A stretch of 63,813 bases of DNA from an uncultured Anaerolinea sp. (lineage in GTDB: Bacteria; Chloroflexota; Anaerolineae; Anaerolineales; Villigracilaceae). The position numbers and the translations under genes are program-made. Below the pieces are notes generated by a model. The model saw only the letters and a program-made list of their open reading frames with translations. It had not been told where the DNA came from and searched no databases. Shown in pieces: positions 9,995 through 19,628 of the stretch. Numbering within the stretch: position 1 is the stretch's first letter; every line of letters starts with the position of its first letter. Location of the stretch: NCBI GenBank assembly GCA_964385315.1, contig CAYLOW010000001.1, positions 1 to 63,813 on the forward strand, in the 5' to 3' direction.

Positions 9995-11239
9995 CTATTT
10001 TGCCTTCAATGTTGAAATACCTGCCTTAACCGAATCAACCAAATAATCTAGCGTCTCATCGGGCATGCCGATCCACCAGGGCAGGCTGAAGGAGTTATCC
10101 CACCAATTCTCAAGCACGGGGCAGTGTTGTTCCGCCATGCCCAGTTTCTGGAAAAGAGGGTAACGATAAAGCGGATAGTATTGAACAATGGCACGTATCC
10201 CCGCTTCTTCAGTTAGGAAATCCAACAGGTCGTTGCGATTCTTGCCGAAAGCTGAGCCATCAAAGTGCAGGACAAATTGGTGAAAGATATGCCGGTAGCC
10301 GTCTGGAATCTTGGCAAACTTGATCTCTGGAATACCCGACAAAGCAGCTCGTAACTTTGTGGCTTGGGCTATTATTTTATCGTTTGACTCGTCCAGTGTT
10401 TTCAATAATTCACTGCCCAGGGCGCATTGAGCTTCGCCTATGCTGAAATTATTGGGCCAGATACTTTCCATGTCAATATCTACATTGGACATGGCTGGAA
10501 CCCAATAGCGCTCACGGTTGGCAGAGAAGGGGCGCACTCCGTTGTGGCGCAAGCCCGGGGTCAGCGCAGCATCTGCATCGGACCTTTCCGTCAAAACGCC
10601 GCCCTCACCCAGGGTAGTAATATTTTTTGCGCCGTGCAAACTAAAACAGCCAAAGTCTCCGAAACTCCCCACTTTTTTTCCGTTGATCGAAGCGCCCGGC
10701 GCCTGGGCGCAATCTTCAACCACGCGCAGGTTATGTTTTTGGGCAATCTCCATCACGGCAGGCATATTCACCGGCATCCCGAGCAGATGAACAACAAGCA
10801 GGACCTTTGTGCGTGGTGTGATTTTCTTTTCAATATCTTGCGGGTCAACCACCCATGTCTGCGGATCAATATCCGCCCAGACCAGGGTTGCTCCTGTGGC
10901 ACCGAAGGGAATGGCAGATGCGCAAAACGTATAGCCCGGAGCGATCACTTCGTCGCCAGGACCGACACGACACATGATGGCAGCAAGGCGCAGGGCGTTG
11001 GTGGCGTTATCCAATGCAAAGGCGTAATTGGCGCCAGTGTACGCCTTGAAATCAGCTTCAAATTGGCGCATGTAATTTCCCTGCGTTTGGACTTCAGCAT
11101 TTCGCATTACATTGACCACTGCTTCGATCTCTGCTTCGGTATAGGTTCGCATCCGGGCAGGGAAATTCACCCGATAGCCTGCCACCGTCCCGCGCCCAGA
11201 GGCATCCCCAACTTTGGTTGTTTTTGTTTGATTTGACAT
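9995..11239 (-). CDS. DegT/DnrJ/EryC1/StrS family PLP aminotransferase
   Basis: GDEVIAPGYTF, VVEDCAQAPGA, FSLHGAKNITTLGEGG (Schiff-base Lys). Confidence 0.92.
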   Translation of the reverse strand: MSNQTKTTKVGDASGRGTVAGYRVNFPARMRTYTEAEIEAVVNVMRNAEVQTQGNYMRQFEADFKAYTGANYAFALDNATNALRLAAIMCRVGPGDEVIAPGYTFCASAIPFGATGATLVWADIDPQTWVVDPQDIEKKITPRTKVLLVVHLLGMPVNMPAVMEIAQKHNLRVVEDCAQAPGASINGKKVGSFGDFGCFSLHGAKNITTLGEGGVLTERSDADAALTPGLRHNGVRPFSANRERYWVPAMSNVDIDMESIWPNNFSIGEAQCALGSELLKTLDESNDKIIAQATKLRAALSGIPEIKFAKIPDGYRHIFHQFVLHFDGSAFGKNRNDLLDFLTEEAGIRAIVQYYPLYRYPLFQKLGMAEQHCPVLENWWDNSFSLPWWIGMPDETLDYLVDSVKAGISTLKAK

Positions 11240-11257
11240 AAAAAATCTCCTTGAACT

Positions 11258-12208
11258 TTAAATTCGATTCTGTAGTATTCCATCAGCAGACAGGCATAAC
11301 TCAACTGCCCGTTGTGTATTTTCGATAACCCATGATGGAGCGTCATCGTCGTGGGTTAGCAGGATGTTGTTGCAAACGCCCCGTTTTTGAAGGGCATAAT
11401 TTAGCATGTGAAATAGAGTGGATGATGCGGGCCGGCGCTCGATGGTCTCCCTGACCAACTCGATCAGTTTGTTGATCTCTGCCTGCAGCAAATCAGCCAG
11501 TGTGTCATTACCCGCACGGACGGCGTGATATACACCGACAAATAGATTTGGGTCAATATGCAGCAGGCTGACGATGAAACCCGACGCGCCAATCCGTAAA
11601 GACTCTGCAATCAGGTTTTCCTTGCCTTGCATGAGATAAAAATTAGGGAATGGCTGTAGGGCGTCGATCAATCCCGTGAAACGTTCATAATCTGCACTGG
11701 AATCTTTAAAGCCAATTACGTTGCCGTGTCGCGCCAGTCGCAGCACCATAGCATTGGCAAGTTTTACATTTGTAAACTCAGGGATGTCATACACCATAAC
11801 AGGCAGGGGACAGGCATCAGCAAATTCCAGGTAGATCGTTTCGATCTCAGATTGGCTATAGTGAAAATAGCCAGGTACAGTTGCGACGGCGATCTGGGCG
11901 CCTGCGTCCGCCATGGCACGTGCGTTTTCCAACATGCCTGGCAGGCCCGACGAGGAGCAGCCAGCAAATAGCAGCGGAGCAGCTCCGGGGGAAACTGTAT
12001 TTTTGATTTGATCGGCAGCAGCGCGGCAAAGTTTTTGTCGTTCACCAAGGCTGAACCAGGGACCACGTCCCGTAGTGCCAGTGACAAAAATTCCACGGCA
12101 GCCAACTTCCAACATTTCATTACAAACAGATCGGAAACCATCCAGATCCAAACTGCCGTCTGGATGGCATGGTGTCACGATGGGAACAACAGGTCCAAGG
12201 TCTTTCAT
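11258..12208 (-). CDS. DHDPS/NanA family class I aldolase
   Basis: PIVTP, GTTG pyruvate-binding loop, YDIP, GFKDSS catalytic Lys. Confidence 0.88.
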   Translation of the reverse strand: MKDLGPVVPIVTPCHPDGSLDLDGFRSVCNEMLEVGCRGIFVTGTTGRGPWFSLGERQKLCRAAADQIKNTVSPGAAPLLFAGCSSSGLPGMLENARAMADAGAQIAVATVPGYFHYSQSEIETIYLEFADACPLPVMVYDIPEFTNVKLANAMVLRLARHGNVIGFKDSSADYERFTGLIDALQPFPNFYLMQGKENLIAESLRIGASGFIVSLLHIDPNLFVGVYHAVRAGNDTLADLLQAEINKLIELVRETIERRPASSTLFHMLNYALQKRGVCNNILLTHDDDAPSWVIENTQRAVELCLSADGILQNRI

Positions 12209-12211
12209 TTT

Positions 12212-13249
12212 TCATCCTCTCAAAAATTTTTCGATTTCGATCTCTGCAATTTGAATACGCGTGGGAAGTAGCATCCCTAAAATCCAGGCATAATCCCTGC
12301 GCGGGTTATTGGTGTAGTAGCTGATAAAAACCGTTCCATCGGCGATCGCGACACCCGCGTAGGATGTATCTCCACAACTGGGCAGATCTGTCAGATGGAT
12401 CAGCCCCCCGGTATTTTCCTTGACGAGAAACAACGCAGTCCTTTTTCGGCTGATCACCGATCCCATCCTTTGGAATGGACTGGTGGTCTGAGGCTGGTGC
12501 CGTCCCACCGCATAGACCTGATCTCCAACACTGAACAGGGTCGGCCCATCAAGACGGGTTACATGGCTTCTGACGATTTCTGTCCACGATGTATATGGGG
12601 CAGTTGCAACAGAAATCAAGGTGCCTGCTTGGGGGCTGCCAAAGATGCTGCTTCCCGCCTCCAAGCGGGTAGCGGCGATGATCCGTCCATCAGGCAAAAA
12701 CTGTATGGCGGTCTCATCGGCCCGTTCTTCCCTGCCTTCAAAGATGGTGCTCTGAAGCGACCAGTTCAATCCGTCCGTTGACTGTAATAGCAGGGCAGAG
12801 CCCTGGCCTATGCGATGGGCTGGTACATACCAAATCGTTTCGTCCAATGTGATTGGACGCCCCAGCAGCCAACCATCGGGAAACCAGCCGTCCGGAGCTA
12901 TCGCTTCAAACGGAGTCCAGGTTGTTCCGTCATTGCTGTGAGCAACAATGGTCTTGTAGGGCTCAGGGTCAATACGCTTATTGAGCAGAGCGTACAAATA
13001 TATTTGACCTTGAATGACCGCCAACTTTGGGTCACGAATATCCTGTCTGTTCCCATCAAACTCCCTGACTTTTTGCCAGTTCTGTGCATCGCTTGATCGG
13101 AGAAGCACCAGGCGGCTTTTCCTGCTCGCAAAATGTGACGGTGATGAAACATATATCAGCCAGAAGGAATCCCGCCAGAAGAGCAGGTCGGTGAAGGCAT
13201 TGTGTTTGCCATCGTTTGTAACAACCCGGGTCTTCATTTGGAATGGCAT
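12212..13249 (-). CDS. Cytoplasmic Asp-box (sialidase-like) beta-propeller protein
   Basis: Repeats RSSDAQNW, HSNDGTTW, QSTDGLNW; also HNAFTDL, DIRDPKL, GDTSY. No signal peptide. Start placed at ATG 13249 next to the upstream stop. Confidence 0.7.
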   Translation of the reverse strand: MPFQMKTRVVTNDGKHNAFTDLLFWRDSFWLIYVSSPSHFASRKSRLVLLRSSDAQNWQKVREFDGNRQDIRDPKLAVIQGQIYLYALLNKRIDPEPYKTIVAHSNDGTTWTPFEAIAPDGWFPDGWLLGRPITLDETIWYVPAHRIGQGSALLLQSTDGLNWSLQSTIFEGREERADETAIQFLPDGRIIAATRLEAGSSIFGSPQAGTLISVATAPYTSWTEIVRSHVTRLDGPTLFSVGDQVYAVGRHQPQTTSPFQRMGSVISRKRTALFLVKENTGGLIHLTDLPSCGDTSYAGVAIADGTVFISYYTNNPRRDYAWILGMLLPTRIQIAEIEIEKFLRG

Positions 13250-13250
13250 C

Positions 13251-14615
13251 CTATTCCGCCTTGTCAGCGTTACGTTTTGCCAATTCTGCACGAAGTTCCG
13301 CAAAGCGTTTTCGATCCAGTGGATAACGTGTCGCGAAAAAGACCCCGATCAATAGGAAAACAGCTGGGATGGGGCCGATCAAAGATTGAATGCCGAGGAT
13401 CGTGGCACGCGGTTGGGTTGGCGAATTGGCAACGTATCCCGTCCATTCCAACATCAACAGGACGAACGGCAGGGAGAGTGAGGAACCGACCTTTCGTAAG
13501 GTCTGCACGAGACTGTAGAACATGCCTTCGTGGCGCTGCCCCGTTTGCAGTTCGTCCCACTCGACCGCATCGGGGATCATTGCCCAGGTTAAGACTTGAA
13601 CTGCGCCAAGGCCAAAACCGACAAGGGCGCTGAATACCAACAGGACGGGCAATCCCCATTCAGGCCGCATGAATCCCATCACGGTGATCGCGATGCCAAG
13701 GAAAAGCATCCCGAAGATGACAGCCCGTTTTTTATCCCAGCGGCTTGCCACCCAATTCCAAAATGGGAATGAGACCAGCGCGGCAACAAACAGCAAGCCG
13801 AAGACGAGGTCGTAATTCTCTTCGAGGTGCATGTGGTATTTTAGAAAATAGAGCAGCGTGGATTGCGTAATATCCAGTGCGGTTAAACCGAGCAAAAATA
13901 TGCCTGCGGCATAAAGAAAGGGTTTATTTTTTACAGCAGCCAGCATAGACTCCTTGATACCGGGCTGTTTTTGTTCCTGATATTCAGTCTTCTCACGTGT
14001 TCCCAAAAATACAGCGAGCATGGGCAGGATGCTGATGAATGCGACCCCGGCCCCAACCGCCATGATGCGTCCAGCGCTTTCCGCATTCATGGTACCGATA
14101 ATTGCCAACGGAACGACAAAGGCAATCATTGCACCAAGAGTGGAAAAAACCATGCGATATGTAGTGAGGCTTGTGCGCTCATCGTAGTCCGAGGTCAGTT
14201 CAGGTGTCAGCGCGAAATAAGGCATATATAGAATAGTCGCCAGGGTGTCGTAAAGTACAAAGGCAATGCCGTAATAGATCGCGAGTCCCATCTGGGTGGA
14301 AATTGGCGGTATCCACCAAAGCAGCATGTACGCAAGAGCAAATGGCAGCATCCCAAATAGGATGAAGGGGCGGCGGCGTCCCCAGCGGCTGCGTGTGCGG
14401 TCGGAAAGATATCCGATGATTGGGTCGTTGAAGTAATCGAATGTACGTCCGATGAATATAACCAACGCCGCCAGTCCGGGGCGGAGGCCGACCACGTCGG
14501 TCAGGAAGATCGCAAATAGCAAGCCAACCACTGTGTCAGCCAGATTGATCCCTGCGTCCCCAACTCCATACATTAACTTTGAGCGGCGTGAAAGAGTTTC
14601 TTTTGGGTTGATCAT
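13251..14615 (-). CDS. GPH-family (MelB/UidB-like) MFS sugar:cation symporter
   Basis: DPIIGYLSDRTRSRWGRRRP, PELTSDYDERT, GQRHEG; about 12 TM segments. Confidence 0.92.
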   Translation of the reverse strand: MINPKETLSRRSKLMYGVGDAGINLADTVVGLLFAIFLTDVVGLRPGLAALVIFIGRTFDYFNDPIIGYLSDRTRSRWGRRRPFILFGMLPFALAYMLLWWIPPISTQMGLAIYYGIAFVLYDTLATILYMPYFALTPELTSDYDERTSLTTYRMVFSTLGAMIAFVVPLAIIGTMNAESAGRIMAVGAGVAFISILPMLAVFLGTREKTEYQEQKQPGIKESMLAAVKNKPFLYAAGIFLLGLTALDITQSTLLYFLKYHMHLEENYDLVFGLLFVAALVSFPFWNWVASRWDKKRAVIFGMLFLGIAITVMGFMRPEWGLPVLLVFSALVGFGLGAVQVLTWAMIPDAVEWDELQTGQRHEGMFYSLVQTLRKVGSSLSLPFVLLMLEWTGYVANSPTQPRATILGIQSLIGPIPAVFLLIGVFFATRYPLDRKRFAELRAELAKRNADKAE

Positions 14616-14627
14616 GATGCAATTTCC

Positions 14628-15518
14628 TTATTCTTTTACTGCTCCGAAGGTGATGCCTTTGATGAAATATTGCTGGAATGCGAGGAACAAGCCGATCATA
14701 AATACAGCTCCGAAGGATCCTCCTGCCATGGTGATCCCGACATCCGTCAACATCTTGCCGATTGCCGGGGTGCGGGAGATGATCGAGACGCCGACAGGAA
14801 CTGTGTATTGAAATTTGTCTGTGGCAAGGACCATATGCCACATGAAATAATTCCATGCCTGGTTGAAGGTAAAAATAGAGAGTGCTGCCAGCGCAGGTTT
14901 TAACAAAGGCAGCACAATGCGCATGAAGACCTGCCATTCGGATGCGCCGTCAATACGGGCCGCATCCAATAATTCGTCCGGGATGGTGGAGCAAAATTGT
15001 TTGATCAGGAAGATGCCGAACGGGGATGAGATCATCGGCATTGCCATTGCAAAGTAAGTGCCAAGCAGGGTGGAGGTCAGGTGCAGATAACGCACAAGCA
15101 AAAAGAGCGGAATGAGCATCACCTGATTGGGCAGGAACATGGTGGATAGAAGAATAAAAAAGAGAACATTGGACCCGGGGAATTTCTTCTTGCCAAATCC
15201 GTAACCGGTCAATGAGCTGACGATGAGCACCAAAAAAACGGTAAGCAGTGAGACAGCAATACTATTCAGCACCCAGCGCCAGATCGGCCAGGGTCCTGTG
15301 AATAGTCTGATCCAATTTTCAAGTGTCGGGCGCGTTGGGAACAACTCTGGCGGCACTGCCATTGTTACACTTTGCAGTTTGAATGAGCCGGTAAACATCC
15401 AGTAGAGCGGCAGGAGGAATGTGACAGCGAATGCGGTCAACATCGCATAGCTGAGGAAGCGGGTTGATTTCTCAACTGCGCTGCGGTAGGCATCTTGTTT
15501 CTTTATCTGGGCAGACAT
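14628..15518 (-). CDS. Carbohydrate ABC transporter permease (MalG-like)
   Basis: EAA loop IPDELLDAARIDGAS; FQQYFIKGI. Confidence 0.93.
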   Translation of the reverse strand: MSAQIKKQDAYRSAVEKSTRFLSYAMLTAFAVTFLLPLYWMFTGSFKLQSVTMAVPPELFPTRPTLENWIRLFTGPWPIWRWVLNSIAVSLLTVFLVLIVSSLTGYGFGKKKFPGSNVLFFILLSTMFLPNQVMLIPLFLLVRYLHLTSTLLGTYFAMAMPMISSPFGIFLIKQFCSTIPDELLDAARIDGASEWQVFMRIVLPLLKPALAALSIFTFNQAWNYFMWHMVLATDKFQYTVPVGVSIISRTPAIGKMLTDVGITMAGGSFGAVFMIGLFLAFQQYFIKGITFGAVKE

Positions 15519-15527
15519 CGCATTACC

Positions 15528-16421
15528 TCACACATCGGATTCTTTCCAAAACCTCAGCTGCACCAATGTGAAAATCATGATGATACCCATCAAGACCACA
15601 CCGATCGCCGACGCTTTTCCATAATTGCCGCCGATGAAGGCGGTTTGGTAGATCAGGTAAACCAACGATGTGCTGGAATTGAAAGGACCTCCCCCGGTGA
15701 CCATGTAAATTACCTCCCAAAGTTGAAAGACTTGAATGGTCTGGGTTGCCAGCACGAAGAGCAGGACCGGTCTTAACATGGGAAGCCGAATATAAAGCGT
15801 TTTTTGCAGGTTGCTCGCGCCGTCCACAGTGGCGGCATCTATAATATCCTGTGAAATGCCTGCCAGCCCAGCCAGAAACAGGATGATCGGTTGTCCGATG
15901 GTAAAGGTCAGAACGACAAAGCAAATAGCCTGAAAACTGTGGGGCGCAGTTGCCAGCCAAAGGATCGGTTTGATCCCGGCCAGACCAAGCAAATAATTCA
16001 ACAAACCGTAGGTGGGATTAAATATCCACAGGTACACTACCGAGAGGACGACCCCTCCTGCCACACCGGGAAGATAGAAAGCGCCCCGGAAAAAAGATTG
16101 AGCCTTGACGCCCAGCGGGTCAATTAACAAGGAAATTACAAGGGAGATAAGAACTGTTGAAGGTACGATTACCAGCGTGTAATTAATGGTATTGATCAGT
16201 GCCTTTTTAAAGATCAAGTCTTTGCTCAACAGGATGTACTGTCCAAAACCTGTGAATTGGCGGGCGCTGATATCGAAGGAGGCCTTGTAAAACGACAAAC
16301 TGATTGCAAAAAGAATGGGAATCAGCATGAAGGCAATAAAAGCAATATAGCCCGGTGCAATGAATAGGTAGCCCGCCCAGCCTCTTCGGATTTCCCTGGC
16401 AAGAGTCTTGATTTTTGTCAT
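15528..16421 (-). CDS. Carbohydrate ABC transporter permease (MalF-like)
   Basis: EAA loop IIDAATVDGAS; GGPFNSS. SD AGGAGG precedes ATG 16421. Confidence 0.93.
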   Translation of the reverse strand: MTKIKTLAREIRRGWAGYLFIAPGYIAFIAFMLIPILFAISLSFYKASFDISARQFTGFGQYILLSKDLIFKKALINTINYTLVIVPSTVLISLVISLLIDPLGVKAQSFFRGAFYLPGVAGGVVLSVVYLWIFNPTYGLLNYLLGLAGIKPILWLATAPHSFQAICFVVLTFTIGQPIILFLAGLAGISQDIIDAATVDGASNLQKTLYIRLPMLRPVLLFVLATQTIQVFQLWEVIYMVTGGGPFNSSTSLVYLIYQTAFIGGNYGKASAIGVVLMGIIMIFTLVQLRFWKESDV

Positions 16422-16452
16422 GAGTCCGGACCTCCTATGCCTGTCAATATTT

Positions 16453-16495
16453 TGAGCCCAAACTGCCGGAAGCAGCTTCGAACAGTTTGGGCTCA
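16453..16495. other. Intercistronic stem-loop after the solute-binding protein gene
   Basis: Perfect 13-bp stem TGAGCCCAAACTG / CAGTTTGGGCTCA, typical of mRNA-stabilising hairpins in ABC operons. Confidence 0.65.
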
Positions 16496-16602
16496 TCGGT
16501 TGAATTACATATTAAGTACCCTATGTCTTGGGAGGCAGGATGCAATCCGCCTGATTTACCCATCATAAAGCTGATGGACGGTCCAAAACTGAAAAACAGA
16601 TC

Positions 16603-18024
16603 CTATGGGCAGCTTGAAACGATTCCGTTGGCGCGTTCCACAAAGCCATCCAGGATCGTCTGGATGTCGGCATTATCCTGCCAGAAAGCCTGGCGGGTTT
16701 CAGCCCATGCCTGACGGACATCATTGTAATTGCAGGGGACGCCGTTCACAAAGTAGGGGTCGTATGCGCCGAACTTGCGTGCCGCAGCAAGCGGTTCAGC
16801 TACCGACGGATCGGTACTTTCGAACGCCGCATCGGTGCGGACGGGGAGTTTGCCCCAGCCGACGGCGATCGCGGAGGCGGTCTCAGGCTTCTGCATATAT
16901 TGAACCAGGTCGTAAATTGCCTGCAGTTTATCCGGGTCAGTCTGTTTAAAGACACCCCAAACATCCGGATTGGACATACCTACCGGTGTGACGGGCGTGC
17001 CGGGTTTATTCGGGAATTGGACAAAGATGTAGTCAAATGCCTTGATGGTTCCCTCTCCAACCGCTTTTTTAGTGATGCTGTCGTACCAATTGCCCTGACC
17101 AAGCACAGCCACTTGCTGGTTCATCCAGTAGGGGTCGGTGGTGTCGTCGATCAAACCGGCAGCGCCGGGTACCATGTATCCCTTCTCGTAGATGGTGTGC
17201 ATGAAGGTAAATGCTTCCACACAAGCCGGGCTGTTTACCGTGTATTTGGTCGAAGCTGCATCAAAGAATTTGCACTCGGGGAAACCTGCCAGCCATTGGT
17301 TGGTGGCTGAGTCCATCGAAGTACTACCTGCAAAGAATGCCGTGCAGTACACGTTATTGGCAGGATCGTTGATCGCATCGCAAGCCGCCATAAATTCTTC
17401 GGTAGTCCAACTGTAATCTGGAGCCTGTGGTAATAGATCCAACTTTCCCGCCTTCTCGAACAAGCTCTTGTTGACGATCATGTTCCAGTAGCCGCCGTCT
17501 GCGGGAATACTCCACATCATGTCGCCGCTCTTCGAGCCTGCGATGGAGACCGGGTCATACACTTCAATGTCGCCTGCGGTTAATACGGGGGTTAAATCTT
17601 CCAGCAGTTTGGCGTCTTGATATTTCTTAACGCGGAATTTGGTGTCGAAGTAAATATCGGGCGGTGTTCCTGCAGCTACAGCTGTATCTACAACCAGAGT
17701 GCTGCCACTGGCATCGTAGCCTTTGAGTGCGAAGTCAATTTTGATACCTGGATGAGCCGCTTCATATTCTTTTAAAATTTTGGCGTACCAGTCTGTCCAC
17801 AGGGTACCATCTGCCATTGCTGACCCCTCACTGCCGAATGCCCAGTATGTAATGGTTATTTCCTTTACCGGCGCGCTGGTTGGCGCTTCTGTTGCAGCAG
17901 AGGCTGCCGTTGCCGGCTGTTCTGCAGCTGCCGGGGCTTCTGTAGCCTGCGCTTGTGGGGCGCAAGAGGTCAATAGAATGCTCAATATAACAAGTACAGC
18001 AAATAGAAACGTAAGTTTTTTCAT
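16603..18024 (-). CDS. Sugar ABC transporter solute-binding lipoprotein
   Basis: Signal peptide with LTSC lipobox, Ala/Pro/Glu/Thr-rich linker, AAGTPPDI, NKSLFEKAG. Confidence 0.9.
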   Translation of the reverse strand: MKKLTFLFAVLVILSILLTSCAPQAQATEAPAAAEQPATAASAATEAPTSAPVKEITITYWAFGSEGSAMADGTLWTDWYAKILKEYEAAHPGIKIDFALKGYDASGSTLVVDTAVAAGTPPDIYFDTKFRVKKYQDAKLLEDLTPVLTAGDIEVYDPVSIAGSKSGDMMWSIPADGGYWNMIVNKSLFEKAGKLDLLPQAPDYSWTTEEFMAACDAINDPANNVYCTAFFAGSTSMDSATNQWLAGFPECKFFDAASTKYTVNSPACVEAFTFMHTIYEKGYMVPGAAGLIDDTTDPYWMNQQVAVLGQGNWYDSITKKAVGEGTIKAFDYIFVQFPNKPGTPVTPVGMSNPDVWGVFKQTDPDKLQAIYDLVQYMQKPETASAIAVGWGKLPVRTDAAFESTDPSVAEPLAAARKFGAYDPYFVNGVPCNYNDVRQAWAETRQAFWQDNADIQTILDGFVERANGIVSSCP

Positions 18025-18179
18025 CTTTTTCTCCTTGGGAAAACTTAGTGAAATATACGAAATCCAAAAAGCTCGTGCTTGACTATAAGTTGTTCGTATT
18101 TGTACTGTAAAAACCTCCTTTTAGTCCGTTAATGTGACAGAATTGACGGCTTATTAAAAATAAGCTAAAATAAATCATC

Positions 18180-18208
18180 TATAAGACATCAGATATCAGA
18201 CATCTTAT
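18180..18208. promoter_or_regulatory. Putative FadR/NanR operator
   Basis: Three tandem heptamers AGACATC-AGATATC-AGACATC inside the inverted repeat TATAAGA...TCTTATA, just downstream of the minus-strand promoter. Confidence 0.7.
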
Positions 18209-18219
18209 AAGGTAAGGCC

Positions 18220-18248
18220 ATTTTACGAAATGTTCCGCTAATTGTCAA
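18220..18248 (-). promoter_or_regulatory. Sigma70-type promoter of the catabolic operon
   Basis: On the minus strand: TTGACA (18248-18243), 17 nt spacer, TAAAAT (18225-18220). Confidence 0.7.
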
Positions 18249-18436
18249 TAACGAGAATCCAACTTTTTACACCTTGAACCTGCATCAAAATTCCAAGCTA
18301 TAAAATTTATTATTTCCTCAGGTTTTAGAACATCCAAAGTTGCTTGTGGTAACATTAATCCATCATTATTTTCCGTCCCATATTCTGGCGGTTATGGTAA
18401 AAAATTATATTTTGTGTGTTTACAATGGAGATTAGA

Positions 18437-19156
18437 ATGAAACAATCGTTGCGAGGACCGGCATTATATACTGCCGTTCGTGACTATATAAAGCGATATA
18501 TCCTGGAACATGACTTAAAGCCTGGAGATCCCCTTCCTCCGGAGGGCCAATTGGTGGAGGATTTGGGTGTGGGCCGAAGTTCTGTCAGGGAGGCGGTCAA
18601 ATCTTTGCAATCAGTGGGAATTGTGGAAGTCCGCCAGGGGGACGGCCTTTATGTGAGGGAATTAAACTTTGACCCCATGCTGGAGGCGTTCATCTTTGGT
18701 ATGAAATTCGACCCGAACACACTTGCCGAATTACTGCAAATCCGCACCTGGCTTGAAGTGTCGGTCATAGGTGATGCGGTGGGACATCTCAATGATGAAG
18801 ACCTAACTAAACTTGAGGCTGTCTTAAAGGAATGGGAAGAGCGGGTACGCGGCGGTGAGGAATACTCAGATCTCGACGAAGCATTCCATCAGATCATTTA
18901 TGGCGTCCTTAATAACCAGACGTTAATGAATCTCTTTTCAGCCTTTTGGATAGCCTTTACAAATCTCGAGAATGAAATCACTCATGATACTGACCCTGAA
19001 AGTGTGCTTCAGTTTCATCGATCGATATTGGATGCAATTCGAACCCGCGATCCAGATATGACCCGGAAGCGGTTATTGCAGCATTTCGATAACATCAAGA
19101 AGCGTATTGACCAGCATCTTGGGAGTTATGAAACCATCGGGCAAATTTCATCCTAG
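18437..19156 (+). CDS. FadR/GntR family regulator (NanR-like)
   Basis: LKPGDPLPPEGQLVEDLGVGRSSVREA wHTH plus FCD domain. Divergent from the operon, with SD GGAG. Confidence 0.92.
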   Translation: MKQSLRGPALYTAVRDYIKRYILEHDLKPGDPLPPEGQLVEDLGVGRSSVREAVKSLQSVGIVEVRQGDGLYVRELNFDPMLEAFIFGMKFDPNTLAELLQIRTWLEVSVIGDAVGHLNDEDLTKLEAVLKEWEERVRGGEEYSDLDEAFHQIIYGVLNNQTLMNLFSAFWIAFTNLENEITHDTDPESVLQFHRSILDAIRTRDPDMTRKRLLQHFDNIKKRIDQHLGSYETIGQISS

Positions 19157-19602
19157 TCAACTGTTATTTTGATAACGATCTTCCTGACAGGGGCGGGAGT
19201 ATCAATAACAATTCCGGGCATGTGGGCATCTTCAGGCATAAGAAAAACAAAACTGCCGCTGTGCAGGGTGACAAAATCACCTGCTCCGTGCAGCGGCAAA
19301 AAGTCTTTGTCTGGATCGTAATCGCCCTGTTCCAGGTAATTTATGTTGGCATAGCCAACTCTCTCGGCACCTTGAACAACATATTGCAAATCAATATAGC
19401 GCCGATGGGCTTCCCATAACCCCAGTTCCCCTGGCTTCGTATTGTATTGCTGTACCAGGGCGTACATGTTTTTGCCGTCTATTTCATATTTTCCAGCGGG
19501 TATGGCATCCATATCAATCTGCTGGATGTATTCAAAGGCCTGTTTGAATCGGGCGTTTACCGCATAATACAGGTGGGAATTGCGAATTCGGTCTATGATC
19601 AT
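19153..19602 (-). CDS. YhcH/YjgK/YiaL (NanQ-like) family protein
   Basis: WEAHRRYIDLQY, MPEDAHMPG, VRKIVIKI. Confidence 0.92.
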   Translation of the reverse strand: MIIDRIRNSHLYYAVNARFKQAFEYIQQIDMDAIPAGKYEIDGKNMYALVQQYNTKPGELGLWEAHRRYIDLQYVVQGAERVGYANINYLEQGDYDPDKDFLPLHGAGDFVTLHSGSFVFLMPEDAHMPGIVIDTPAPVRKIVIKITVD

Positions 19603-19628
19603 TTTTTATGTATTCCTCTTGAATGTCC

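Noticed and set aside
10427-11236. 269-aa plus-strand ORF
   Set aside because: Antisense to the well-supported DegT aminotransferase.
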